Of a stretch of 64,000 bases of DNA, positions 27,985-36,988 are shown one piece after another. The notes under the pieces are model-generated. The model worked only from the letters and a program-made list of their open reading frames with translations. It was not told the DNA's origin and did no database searches. Origin of the DNA: an uncultured Bacilli bacterium (lineage in GTDB: Bacteria > Bacillota_I > Bacilli_A > RF39 > UBA660); assembly GCA_963931685.1 (NCBI GenBank), contig OZ007038.1, forward strand, positions 810,940-874,939, written 5' to 3'. How positions within the stretch are numbered: the first letter of the stretch is position 1; each line of letters begins with the position of its first letter. The translations under genes were made by a program, and so were the position numbers.

Positions 27985-29653
27985 TAACTATTCAGACTAT
28001 GGCACGCAAAAGTAAAGAGTAATCAGTGATTGATTGCTCTTTTAATTTGCAAATAACACTTTATTTTCAAATATTGCATTAATAGACTCAAAAGGGTTTA
28101 TATTCCTTTTGATAGATGTCTTTATAATTGATAAGGTATTAGCAAAATCTTGGGCAACATTTATGCTTCTAAAGCCTCCTGATATTTTCGTTTTGTTTTT
28201 AAATATTCTTAAATCTCTTTCACTTAGGTTATCATCAAAGGGAACTTTAAAATCTTCTATAAAATACAAATGATTTTGTTTATATTTTACCAATCTATTA
28301 TATAATGGTTTGGCCTTGGTTACCCTGTAATATGAAGATTTTATTTGTTTGTTTTCTTCTTTGGCTAGCTCTAAAATTTCTTCATATTCATCTTTGTATT
28401 CTTTTATCTTATCATCAGAAAATTTTGTTAATCCATAAGCTATAGCTATCTTTCTTGTATTATTCATTCTAAATATTAAATCATACATTAAAAATGGCCA
28501 TTTCGTATCTGGTATATTTTCCATCAGTTCCATTAAATATCTTCCCAAGTGAATATTACATTCATAATTTTTACTACCATAACTATATAATGTTGTATCA
28601 TGATCACCCATTATTCCTCCACAAAATCTTGGCAATATATTATCTTCTTTAATTGGATTATGACCTTTATTTTTATGAACTTTATAGACTACATTCTCTT
28701 CATTACTATAATTTCTTACATATAGCTTTTTCTTATTGAATTTGGTCCCAGTTTCATCAGTAAATCCATTGTCCTTATTTAAAAAGTTATTTTCTAAATT
28801 TATTATTGTAGCTTTACTTTTGTTCCCAAATTCTTTTACAAAATTTACTAATGTTCCATTAGAAATATTATAAACATTATTTGTCACCACACTAAAGAAA
28901 TCACTTAATCTATTATAAGCAACTACGTTATAACATCCTAAATGAATCGATAATGTCTTTATACTATTTCCATATGTCACATCTGTATAAAACTCTTTTG
29001 GCAGTGTTTCTGAAGACTTATCATCATATTTAAATATATGTTTTTCTATGTATGGCTTAATTTCTAATTCATATCTATATTTTATTAAGGGCTCTTTTTT
29101 GGGATTACCCTTGATTGTATGAATAATTTCTCTAACTTCAACTTTATTTTCACTTATTAATTTTTCTGCATCTTTTTTACTTAAATTATATCCTTGATGA
29201 TTATATTGACCGCCTTTCTTTTTGCCGGTTATAGTGCGATAATTATATAAATTAGCTCCTGTTTTCTTTTTAGGCGTAACAATATTAGTCGATGATGGTT
29301 TACTAGAATTATTACTGTTTTTATTATTTTGATTTTTTAGTCTATCTATTTCATTTAATAATTTTTGGATAGTTTTATCTTTTTCTAAAATAATAGCTTT
29401 TAATTCATCTTGTTTTTCTTTGAACTCTTTTTTCAATTCTTTATTTTCTTTAAACAATATATCTAACTTATTATTTAATTCTTCGAATTGTCTGTAAAAA
29501 TCTACAGTTACTGTCATCGTTTTTATTTTTGCCATACTATCACTATCCTCAACTATTTTTATTTTCTCATATTTAAACGAAAAAAGCAGTATCATTGACA
29601 CTACTTTTTACACTTTATTTTTATTTTCTATTCTTTATAGTCTGAATAGTTAC
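27985..29653 (-). mobile_element. IS66-family insertion sequence (single-ORF, ISBst12-like group), 1669 bp
   Basis: Perfect 17-bp terminal inverted repeats GTAACTATTCAGACTAT (27985-28001 and 29637-29653). The flanking 8-bp direct duplication is TCCTTTTA (27977-27984 and 29654-29661). Confidence 0.85.
28042..29535 (-). CDS. IS66-family transposase
   Basis: It has an N-terminal coiled coil/leucine zipper and a DDE region: ..DETGTKF.. / ..GGIMGDHDTTLYSY.. / ..ECNIHLGRYL... Preferred start is ATG 29535 (MAKIKTM). Confidence 0.7.
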   Translation of the reverse strand: MAKIKTMTVTVDFYRQFEELNNKLDILFKENKELKKEFKEKQDELKAIILEKDKTIQKLLNEIDRLKNQNNKNSNNSSKPSSTNIVTPKKKTGANLYNYRTITGKKKGGQYNHQGYNLSKKDAEKLISENKVEVREIIHTIKGNPKKEPLIKYRYELEIKPYIEKHIFKYDDKSSETLPKEFYTDVTYGNSIKTLSIHLGCYNVVAYNRLSDFFSVVTNNVYNISNGTLVNFVKEFGNKSKATIINLENNFLNKDNGFTDETGTKFNKKKLYVRNYSNEENVVYKVHKNKGHNPIKEDNILPRFCGGIMGDHDTTLYSYGSKNYECNIHLGRYLMELMENIPDTKWPFLMYDLIFRMNNTRKIAIAYGLTKFSDDKIKEYKDEYEEILELAKEENKQIKSSYYRVTKAKPLYNRLVKYKQNHLYFIEDFKVPFDDNLSERDLRIFKNKTKISGGFRSINVAQDFANTLSIIKTSIKRNINPFESINAIFENKVLFAN

Positions 29654-29682
29654 TCCTTTTAAAATTTTTTTTATAAAATCTA

Positions 29683-29818
29683 TTGACATATTTTAATTTT
29701 CTGATATTATATATAGCACCAATTCAATTTTAGTTGAATTGGCGCTAGTGTAAACTAGCCAGCCCCTTTTTATTCTTTTATTTGGAACAGTCCTTTCAGG
29801 GGGAACTGTTCCTTTTTT
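29683..29818 (+). ncRNA. candidate orphan small RNA unit (promoter + two hairpins + terminator)
   Basis: TTGACA (29683-29688), a 16-nt spacer, then TGaTATTAT (29702-29710). Next come the hairpin CCAATTCAA/TTGAATTGG and the hairpin CTAG-N6-CTAG. The terminator is GGAACAGT (29784-29791) / ACTGTTCC (29805-29812) followed by T6. No plus-strand ORF lies downstream. Confidence 0.3.
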
Positions 29819-29894
29819 GTGTTTCTATATTAATTATACGACATTTTTAGCTAATTTCCTTTTTTAAACTAAAAAAGTTACTTAAATAAGCAAC

Positions 29895-31163
29895 TTATTT
29901 AATAATATCAATAATTAATTTTGGCTTTTCCACCTTTTCTTTATTGAATTTATAACTTGAAAGAAATTCTTCATCTGTAATTTCTTTTTCATTATAGAAG
30001 ATTGTTGCTAGAACATCACCTTTATTAATATGATCCCCTACTTTATAATTTAAAACAATTCCTACTGAAAGGTCAATATTATCATCTTTAGAAAGTCTTC
30101 CTGCCCCTAGTTTTCTAGATAGTTTTCCTATTTCTAAGGCATCAATATGACTGATATACCCTTCTTCTTTAGAAATAATTTCTTTTTGGTTATTAGCTGA
30201 AGGTATATCATTTATATTACCACCTTGAGCTTTAACCCATTCAAGCATTTTTTCATAGCCTTTACCATTGTATAAGTTTTCCTTTATTCTTTTTTTTGCT
30301 TCTTCTTCACTAATGTTTAGACTCATAGATGTCATTAGTGTTCCTAGTTTGATAACTAGATTTGTTAAATCTTCTGGGCCATCTCCTTTTAATGTATTTA
30401 GAGCTTCAATTACTTCTAGTGAATTTCCAACGGCATTCCCTAGTGGCTCATCCATATCTGTTAAAACGCATGCAATATTTCTATTATTTTCTTTGCCTAT
30501 TTTTACCATTAAGTGTGCTAGTTCTTTAGCTTCAGAAAGATTATTCACTAAAGCTCCACTTCCGACTTTTAAATCAATAACAATGTTTTTAGCGCCACTA
30601 GCTAATTTTTTACTCATAATACTTGAAGCTATTAATGGGATTGAATCAACTGTTCCAGTGACATCTCTTAAGGCATATATTTTTTTATCTGCTGGGACTA
30701 AATTACCCATTTGGCCTACTAAAGCAAGGCCTATTTCATCTACTTGTTTTTTAAAATCTTCTAAAGACATAGATGTTTGAAAACCTTTAATGGACTCTAA
30801 TTTATCGATAGTTCCTCCTGTATGTCCCAGACCTCTACCACTCATTTTAGCTACTTTTACTCCTAATGATGCAACTAAAGGTGCAAGAACAATAGTGGTT
30901 TTATCTCCAACGCCACCGGTTGAGTGTTTATCGGCAAGGTTGTCAAAACCTAAGTCTAAAGTTTCACCACTTTTAAGCATAATATCAGTTAAGTTTACTG
31001 TTTCTTCTTCTGAAAGTCCAAGTAAATCAATTTCAGTTAATAGAGCTGACATTTGGTAATCTTTGATACTACCATTTAAATAACCATCAATGACATATTG
31101 TAATTCTTCTTTGGTTAGTGTTTCTCTTTTTTCTTTTTTATCAATTATATCTAATATATCCAT
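29895..31163 (-). CDS. pdp: pyrimidine-nucleoside phosphorylase
   Basis: 422 aa with DKHSTGGVGDKTT and SGRGLGHTGGTIDKLES signatures. Confidence 0.9.
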   Translation of the reverse strand: MDILDIIDKKEKRETLTKEELQYVIDGYLNGSIKDYQMSALLTEIDLLGLSEEETVNLTDIMLKSGETLDLGFDNLADKHSTGGVGDKTTIVLAPLVASLGVKVAKMSGRGLGHTGGTIDKLESIKGFQTSMSLEDFKKQVDEIGLALVGQMGNLVPADKKIYALRDVTGTVDSIPLIASSIMSKKLASGAKNIVIDLKVGSGALVNNLSEAKELAHLMVKIGKENNRNIACVLTDMDEPLGNAVGNSLEVIEALNTLKGDGPEDLTNLVIKLGTLMTSMSLNISEEEAKKRIKENLYNGKGYEKMLEWVKAQGGNINDIPSANNQKEIISKEEGYISHIDALEIGKLSRKLGAGRLSKDDNIDLSVGIVLNYKVGDHINKGDVLATIFYNEKEITDEEFLSSYKFNKEKVEKPKLIIDIIK

Positions 31164-31238
31164 ATTTTATCCTCCTAATTATATTTTACTAAATTTTGAT
31201 GAAAATAAAAATAGTTTGTTTAATTTATCACAAACTAT

Positions 31239-31610
31239 TTAGTCATCTATTTCTGGTATGACTGTTTTTAAATTTTTATTAATTACTTGAACTGTTCTTT
31301 CAGGGTCAGCTAAAAGAGTTTTATATAATTTCGGATTTGCTTTGATATTTGATAATATTTGCAAATCTTCTTTAGCCAGTTTTACTATATAATCGTCATC
31401 ATCTTGAACTGTTACTTCTCTTCCAAGTACTTCATCTGCTGTTATATTTAAAGCATCTAATAATTTGTTGAATGCTGGCCAACGAGGTGTTCTTTTATTT
31501 GATTCATACTGTGAAATTTCAGCTGCTTTAACTCCAATTATGTTTGCTAATTCTACTTGAGTTAAATTTGCTTTCTTTCTAGCTTCTTTTAATCTTTGTC
31601 CTGCTACCAT
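31239..31610 (-). CDS. XRE-family HTH regulator
   Basis: 123 aa with LKEARKKANLTQVELANIIGVKAAEISQYESNKR. Confidence 0.75.
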   Translation of the reverse strand: MVAGQRLKEARKKANLTQVELANIIGVKAAEISQYESNKRTPRWPAFNKLLDALNITADEVLGREVTVQDDDDYIVKLAKEDLQILSNIKANPKLYKTLLADPERTVQVINKNLKTVIPEIDD

Positions 31611-31700
31611 AATTATCGTTATCCTTTCGTTAACTTAGATTATATCAGCATTTAGCAAACATTACATTAATTCTAACTTTGTGTTATATTTTTCTTGTAA

Positions 31701-31715
31701 TTAACTTTAAGTTAA
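31701..31715. promoter_or_regulatory. perfect palindrome TTAACTT-A-AAGTTAA between divergent XRE genes (possible operator)
   Basis: Read directly. A half-site-like GTTAACTTAG also occurs at 31629-31638. Confidence 0.3.
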
Positions 31716-31768
31716 TATATAATGTAAATGTGATATAAATTTATTTTAAGATAATTAGGAGGTCGAAT

Positions 31769-31972
31769 ATGAACGAATTAAAGGAGATTCGTAAGAAAAG
31801 AAAATTTACTTGTGAATATATGGCAAATCATTTAAAGATAAGTAAACCATTTTACTGGCAGATTGAGAATGGAAAAAGAAGACTTTCATATAAAATGGCT
31901 GTAAAGATTGCGAAAGTATTTAATTTAAAACCAGATGATATATTTTACAAAGATTTTAATGATATGGATTAA
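31769..31972 (+). CDS. small XRE-family HTH regulator
   Basis: 67 aa with LKEIRKKRKFTCEYMANHLKISKPFYWQIENGKRR. An AGGAGG RBS precedes it. Confidence 0.75.
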   Translation: MNELKEIRKKRKFTCEYMANHLKISKPFYWQIENGKRRLSYKMAVKIAKVFNLKPDDIFYKDFNDMD

Positions 31973-32119
31973 AAATAACCCCTTTTGTTGATGTGAACCC
32001 TGTTTGGTAGACATCATAAAAAAACCGGGTTTAAAAAATCAAGGGCGAACGAAGTGAGTTCATCTAGACCCTTGATTTTTATTATATAGTTACAATATTA
32101 TGACAAATAAAGCTTGCCT

Positions 32120-32956
32120 TTATTTGTTATTTTTAGGATATTTATTTTTCTTGGTGGCTTTTTTGCCTTTAAGTCTATCATTATTATAAAATTCTATCCA
32201 TTCTTTAACTAAGGTTATGTATTCTTCCAAAGATGTGATATTATAATTGTATAAAGTTTCCTTTTTAAGGAGAGAGTGCCAGCTCTCTATCGGTGAATCA
32301 TCTATAGGTGTGCCTTTTCTAGCCATAGATATTTGTATGCCATTAGACTCACAGATAGCTTTGTATTCATAAGATGTATATTGGAATCCTTGGTCACTAT
32401 GCAAGATTAATCCATGTACATCTTTTCTTTTTGATATAGCTTCATTTAAAGTGTCCATAACAAGTTTGTTATCATTATATTTAGATATTTTATAAGCGAC
32501 AACTTTTCTATCATATAAATCAATTATTGTAGATAAATAAGCTCTAGCTCCTTTATATATTAGATAAGTTACATCGGTATCCCATACTTTATTTGGCTTA
32601 TCAGTATTAAAGTTACGTTTTAACAAATCAGGTTTGACATTATCTTCTATCCTCTCATTTTTATTCTTTTTCTTTGCTCTCCTAATATAATTAGGCATTA
32701 AATTATATCTTTTCATTATTCTTAAAACCTTCTTTCCATTCATTATAACCCCATATTTTCTCTTTAGGCCTTCCACAATTCTACGATAGCCATATGTGCC
32801 TTTAGAATCATCAAATATTTCTTTAATAACTAAATAATCATAATAGTCAGAATCTTCCTTATTTCGATATTTATAATAAGTTTTTGGGCTTATTTCTAAT
32901 ACGGCACACATGTTATATAACTTATATTTATCCCTATATAAATTAATAAAAGTCAC
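32120..32956 (-). CDS. IS3 transposase OrfB (DDE/rve catalytic domain), expressed as an OrfAB fusion by -1 frameshift
   Basis: DDE residues lie in WDTDVTYL, LHSDQGFQYTS and ESWHSLLKKE. The -1 frame is open from the A7 run (32998) into orfB. Confidence 0.8.
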   Translation of the reverse strand: MTFINLYRDKYKLYNMCAVLEISPKTYYKYRNKEDSDYYDYLVIKEIFDDSKGTYGYRRIVEGLKRKYGVIMNGKKVLRIMKRYNLMPNYIRRAKKKNKNERIEDNVKPDLLKRNFNTDKPNKVWDTDVTYLIYKGARAYLSTIIDLYDRKVVAYKISKYNDNKLVMDTLNEAISKRKDVHGLILHSDQGFQYTSYEYKAICESNGIQISMARKGTPIDDSPIESWHSLLKKETLYNYNITSLEEYITLVKEWIEFYNNDRLKGKKATKKNKYPKNNK

Positions 32957-33249
32957 TTTCTCTCGCGTTGTTCCTTGAGGAAGGCCCGGTATTTTTTTAG
33001 TATTTCAAATCTTTCTTTATAATCTTCTTTGGTTAAATCTTTTTCTTTGGGTCTACCACTGCCAACACCTGCATTAGGATACAATTCAGGATGATTTACA
33101 AATTTTCTTTTCCAAGTTTTAACTGTATATAAAGGAATATTATTTTCTTTAGACAATCTTGTAGCAGGTATTCCTTTTTTAAGTTCATTTACAATTTCTT
33201 GAATAAAAGTATTATCATATTTAGCAAATTTTTGCCCTTTTTTAGCCAT
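32953..33249 (-). CDS. IS3 transposase OrfA (HTH)
   Basis: 98 aa with an HTH followed by a leucine-zipper-like tail. It ends just past the slippery run. Confidence 0.8.
   Translation of the reverse strand: MAKKGQKFAKYDNTFIQEIVNELKKGIPATRLSKENNIPLYTVKTWKRKFVNHPELYPNAGVGSGRPKEKDLTKEDYKERFEILKKYRAFLKEQRERK
32992..32998 (-). promoter_or_regulatory. programmed -1 ribosomal frameshift site (A AAA AAA)
   Basis: CTA AAA AAA TAC in the orfA frame. Slipping -1 reads KKIPGLPQGTTREKVTFINLY, continuous with OrfB. Confidence 0.7.
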
Positions 33250-33352
33250 AATAAATACACCTCCTTTCGGAAGTGTATTATATCATAACCCTTAAATTAG
33301 GATTTTTTTATTGTCTACTCTATGGGGTGCATTTCATGTACGGGGGTTATTT

Positions 33353-33679
33353 TTAGTCTGTTTTTTTACTGGATAAAAATGTTACTTTATCTGCAATTAC
33401 TTCAGTTATGTATCTGCGTCCATGTTCAGTATCATAATTATATGTTTCAACTCGTCCTTTGATACCAATTAAATCGCCTTTTTTACAGTATTCATTGGTT
33501 CTTTTGGCAATTCCTTGCCATAATTTACAATAAATAAAATCTGTTTCATATTCGCCGTCTTGATTTTTATAAGCTCTTGGTACAGCTAGAACTATTCTAA
33601 CTACTGTTTTTCCTGTTTCTGTTTCATATAGTTCTGGGTCACTAGCTAAACGTCCTACTAAAACTATTTGATTCAACAT
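33353..33679 (-). CDS. single-stranded DNA-binding protein, short form lacking the acidic C-terminal tail
   Basis: 108 aa OB fold with MLNQIVLVGRLASDPELYETETGKTVVRIVLAV. Confidence 0.8.
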   Translation of the reverse strand: MLNQIVLVGRLASDPELYETETGKTVVRIVLAVPRAYKNQDGEYETDFIYCKLWQGIAKRTNEYCKKGDLIGIKGRVETYNYDTEHGRRYITEVIADKVTFLSSKKTD

Positions 33680-33845
33680 TCTTTCCCTCCTTTCGGGTTA
33701 GTACTATACACATTTGTTTATTGGGGTGCAAAAGAGGAAAATGATAATTTTGGTACAAAAAAATAGTTCAAAATAATGTTTTGGTTATAGAAATTTTATT
33801 ATTTTGACTAAAAAATAATAGGCAAAATAAAAAAACACAAGTTTT

Positions 33846-34181
33846 TTAACATTTTAGTTCAACTTGTGCATCTTTAGCTTTTCCATTTTTGTAATTAATT
33901 GTTACATTAGCAAAGGTATTTGTTTTATCACATTTTTCTAATCCTTTTAAATCATATTCTTCACCATTTTTATTAGCGTTTTCTAAATCTTCTAAAGTAA
34001 TTTTATACATGTTTACACTATCGTTTGCGCTTACATATTCTTCAAAATAAGCTTTACTTGCTGTTTTCATTTTATTTTCTAGTTTTGTATTTTGACTTTC
34101 AATATTTTCAATATATAGGTATACTCCTACTCCAGCAGCTAAAAAAATGATTAAAACGATTATTGGAATTACTTTTTTCAT
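33846..34181 (-). CDS. membrane-anchored hypothetical protein
   Basis: 111 aa with an N-terminal TM (VIPIIVLIIFLAAGVGVYLYI). Confidence 0.45.
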   Translation of the reverse strand: MKKVIPIIVLIIFLAAGVGVYLYIENIESQNTKLENKMKTASKAYFEEYVSANDSVNMYKITLEDLENANKNGEEYDLKGLEKCDKTNTFANVTINYKNGKAKDAQVELKC

Positions 34182-34199
34182 TATATTTCCCCTTCCTTT

Positions 34200-35522
34200 T
34201 TAAAAATAATTTTTGAGTAGTGCATTTAGTTCAACAGCATATTCCATTGGTAAATTTTCTCTAAATTCATCAATAAAACCAATTATCAATAATTCTTTTG
34301 CTCTTTCTTCATCTAATCCTCTACTCATTAGATAAAATAATTTTTCTTCATCTAGTTTTGATACTGTAGCTTCATGTTCTAGATATGAAGTTGAATTTTC
34401 AACGATGTTTTTTGGAATCGTGTCGCTTTTTGATTTATTATCTAATATTATTGTATCACATTTAATGGTACTTTGGGAATAAACTGCATCTTTACTAATT
34501 TTTACTGTTCCTCTATAGTTACTTATTCCACCACTTGCGGCTATTGATTTACTAATGATTTTACTTGTTGTATTAGGGGCCAAATGAATCATTTTAGCTC
34601 CAGCATCTTGAATTTGATTTTTTGATGCGACAGCAATAGATATACAATCTCCACTAGCTCCTTTTCCTTTTAAAATACATGATGGATATTTCATATTAGT
34701 TTTTGAACCAATATTACCATCAATCCATTCCATTTTACCATTTTCATCAACAATAGCTCTTTTAGTGACTAGATTATATATGTTACTAGCCCAATTTTGA
34801 ATGGTTGTATATCTACAGCTGGCGTTTTTTCCAACAAATATTTCAACAACAGCAGCATGGAGTGAACTAGAGGTATGATAAGTAGCTGTACATCCTTCCA
34901 TATAGTGAATATGACTATCATCATCTACTATTATTAATGTTCTTTCAAATTGTCCCATGTTTTTAGTGTTTAATCTAAAATAACTTTGAAGTGGTCTATC
35001 TATAGTAACACCTTTTGGAACATATATGAATGTTCCTCCACTCCATACAGCTCCATTTAAAGCTGTATATTTGTTTTCATCATATTTTACTAAGGTATTA
35101 AAATATTTTTTAAATAAATCTGGATGATTTTTTAATGCATCATCTGTACTACAGAAAATGACACCTTTTTCTTCTAATTCTTTTATCATACTGTGATATA
35201 CAACTTCACTTTCGAATTGAGCTCCAACACCATTTAGATATTTTTTTTCGGCGTTTATTAGTCCTACTTCTTCAAATGTGTCTTTAATAGGACAAGAGAC
35301 ATTATCCCAGTTATTTTCTACTTTATCTGTTACTTTTTTATAATAATTTATTTTATCAAAATCTATTTTTAATTCTGGTCCAAAGTTTGGATTTGGTGTT
35401 TCTTTAAATGCTTTATAGGCATTTAATCTGAAATCAGTCATCCACTTTGGCTCTTTTTTTATTTTTGATATTTCTTTTATTTTATTTTCGTCTAATCCAA
35501 GTTCTCTACTCATGACTGTCAC
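34200..35522 (-). CDS. sufB: Fe-S cluster assembly protein SufB
   Basis: 440 aa. The SufB/SufD beta-helix region shows typical strings (FERTLIIVDDDSHIHYMEGCTA, NWASNIYNLVTKRA, ..EHEATVSKLDEEKLFYLMSRGL..). Confidence 0.85.
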   Translation of the reverse strand: MTVMSRELGLDENKIKEISKIKKEPKWMTDFRLNAYKAFKETPNPNFGPELKIDFDKINYYKKVTDKVENNWDNVSCPIKDTFEEVGLINAEKKYLNGVGAQFESEVVYHSMIKELEEKGVIFCSTDDALKNHPDLFKKYFNTLVKYDENKYTALNGAVWSGGTFIYVPKGVTIDRPLQSYFRLNTKNMGQFERTLIIVDDDSHIHYMEGCTATYHTSSSLHAAVVEIFVGKNASCRYTTIQNWASNIYNLVTKRAIVDENGKMEWIDGNIGSKTNMKYPSCILKGKGASGDCISIAVASKNQIQDAGAKMIHLAPNTTSKIISKSIAASGGISNYRGTVKISKDAVYSQSTIKCDTIILDNKSKSDTIPKNIVENSTSYLEHEATVSKLDEEKLFYLMSRGLDEERAKELLIIGFIDEFRENLPMEYAVELNALLKNYF

Positions 35523-35565
35523 CTATTAACATTATACTAGATTTTAAGAAAAATAAAAAGGAATT

Positions 35566-36660
35566 TTAACTTTTAAATTTATAAAATAAGTGATAACAAT
35601 TACCTAATTTAAAATGACCTTTATAACTAGCTATTATATGTTCACCATTTTCTATTTTACCTTTCTCAATCAATTTCATTTTTTTCTTAAATCTTTTTTT
35701 CGTATTATTTCGAACTTTTAAAATAATTTTATCTTTAATATAAAACCTAAAGCCTATAAAATCTACTCCTTCTTTACTAACATTGATTATTTTTGTTTTA
35801 TCATTTAATCGTAAACCATAATCTAAAACAAATTTACTAATTTCATCTAAACAATATTTCAAATATTTTTTATCATACTCAAGTAATATCCCATCATCTT
35901 GATACCTTATATAATATTTAATATGTAATTTTTCTTTAATAAAATGATCCAAATCATTTAAAAAAAATATAGCTAATATTTGACTTACTACATTACCAAT
36001 ACCTAAACCTTTACCTTTTTCATATAATGGTATTCTATTTATTTCATCAATCCTTTTATTTTTATCATTTAAATTACTTTTTTTTAAATAATTAATCTCT
36101 TTTTCCTTTAATTTTAAAATTCTTTCATTCACATAATCTTCATCAGTCGAATCAATTATTTTGAATAATATATCTAAATATTTTTTATCCTTGATTTTCC
36201 TTTTTAACATTCTCTTTAAAACACCATGGTCTATATTATAGAAAAATTTACTAATATCAAATTTTAAAGCATATACCTCACCATTCATACTATTCAAATA
36301 CTTTTTTAAACACCTAATCCCATAACTAGTTCCTTTACCTTTTCTAGAAGCTACATTCGCACTTATTAAAGATGGTTCTAATACCTTAATTAAAATATCC
36401 GCCATTAAATGATTAATTATTTTATCATTAATATTTTGACTCATAATTATTCGATATTTTGGATCTTTAATCAAAAATATATTGTATTTACCAACTTTAT
36501 AATCATTAAGTAACCTAAAAACCTTACTTATATTAGAAGTATAATACTCTTCAAATTTATATATTTTGTTTTTATTCAAAGTGTTTTTTCTAACCACCTT
36601 ATAAGCTTTAATAATATTTTCTATAGTAAAATCATTTACTAAATTACCTACTCTTTTCAT
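35566..36660 (-). CDS. DGR reverse transcriptase
   Basis: RT motifs are present, including YIRYQDDGILL (YxDD) and the DGR-typical LGIGNVVSQ ([LIV]GxxxSQ). Preferred start is ATG 36660 (MKRVGNL). It lies next to Avd and TR. Confidence 0.85.
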   Translation of the reverse strand: MKRVGNLVNDFTIENIIKAYKVVRKNTLNKNKIYKFEEYYTSNISKVFRLLNDYKVGKYNIFLIKDPKYRIIMSQNINDKIINHLMADILIKVLEPSLISANVASRKGKGTSYGIRCLKKYLNSMNGEVYALKFDISKFFYNIDHGVLKRMLKRKIKDKKYLDILFKIIDSTDEDYVNERILKLKEKEINYLKKSNLNDKNKRIDEINRIPLYEKGKGLGIGNVVSQILAIFFLNDLDHFIKEKLHIKYYIRYQDDGILLEYDKKYLKYCLDEISKFVLDYGLRLNDKTKIINVSKEGVDFIGFRFYIKDKIILKVRNNTKKRFKKKMKLIEKGKIENGEHIIASYKGHFKLGNCYHLFYKFKS

Positions 36661-36988
36661 ACCTAATCCACCCATATAACTGCTTAATAATATTTAATAA
36701 AAATTTACCGATTTTCAAATATTTTTTATATGAAATATACTTTTTATCACAAGCTATTTTAAAATAAAAATCAATCATTTTAATTTTACTAATTATCCTC
36801 TTTTGATAAACAATTCTTTCTTTAACATCTAATAAATTACTAAAATAAATTAACTCTAAAACCTCATAATATGTATTAGATATCTTATCTTTTAAAACCT
36901 TTTCAGTCCTTGGAAAATTAACAATAATCTTATCCAAATAAAATATAGTTTTTTTAATATCATTTACAACCTCTAATTTTTCATACAT
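36644..36988 (-). CDS. avd: Avd-like accessory variability determinant (four-helix-bundle protein)
   Basis: 114 aa, helical and basic. It overlaps the RT start. Size and position are typical of DGR Avd. Confidence 0.65.
   Translation of the reverse strand: MYEKLEVVNDIKKTIFYLDKIIVNFPRTEKVLKDKISNTYYEVLELIYFSNLLDVKERIVYQKRIISKIKMIDFYFKIACDKKYISYKKYLKIGKFLLNIIKQLYGWIRYEKSR

Larger units (their letters stand above)
31989..33336 (-). mobile_element. IS3-family insertion sequence, 1348 bp
   Basis: Imperfect ~38-bp terminal IRs with TG...CA ends (TGATGTGAACCC..GTAGACA..AAAAAAA / complement). The 3-bp duplication is TGT (31986-31988 and 33337-33339). orfA/orfB have an A7 slippery site. Confidence 0.85.

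Noticed and set aside
29795-29803. Third occurrence of TTCAGGGGG, as a possible third att-core copy
   Set aside because: Only 9 nt are shared. It sits in the loop of the candidate sRNA terminator, and none of the arm-type repeats are nearby. It is probably coincidence.
30268-31059. Two long plus-strand ORFs (170 and 89 aa) inside pdp
   Set aside because: These are antisense shadow ORFs of a confidently identified, highly conserved gene. They are Ser/Pro/Phe-rich and low-complexity, with no RBS.
35566-36660. Reverse transcriptase as a retron, Abi-type or group II intron RT
   Set aside because: There is an adjacent Avd-like gene, a [LIV]GxxxSQ motif and a TR/VR pair with adenine-only differences. 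No intron RNA domains, maturase/X domain or msr/msd-like inverted repeats were seen.
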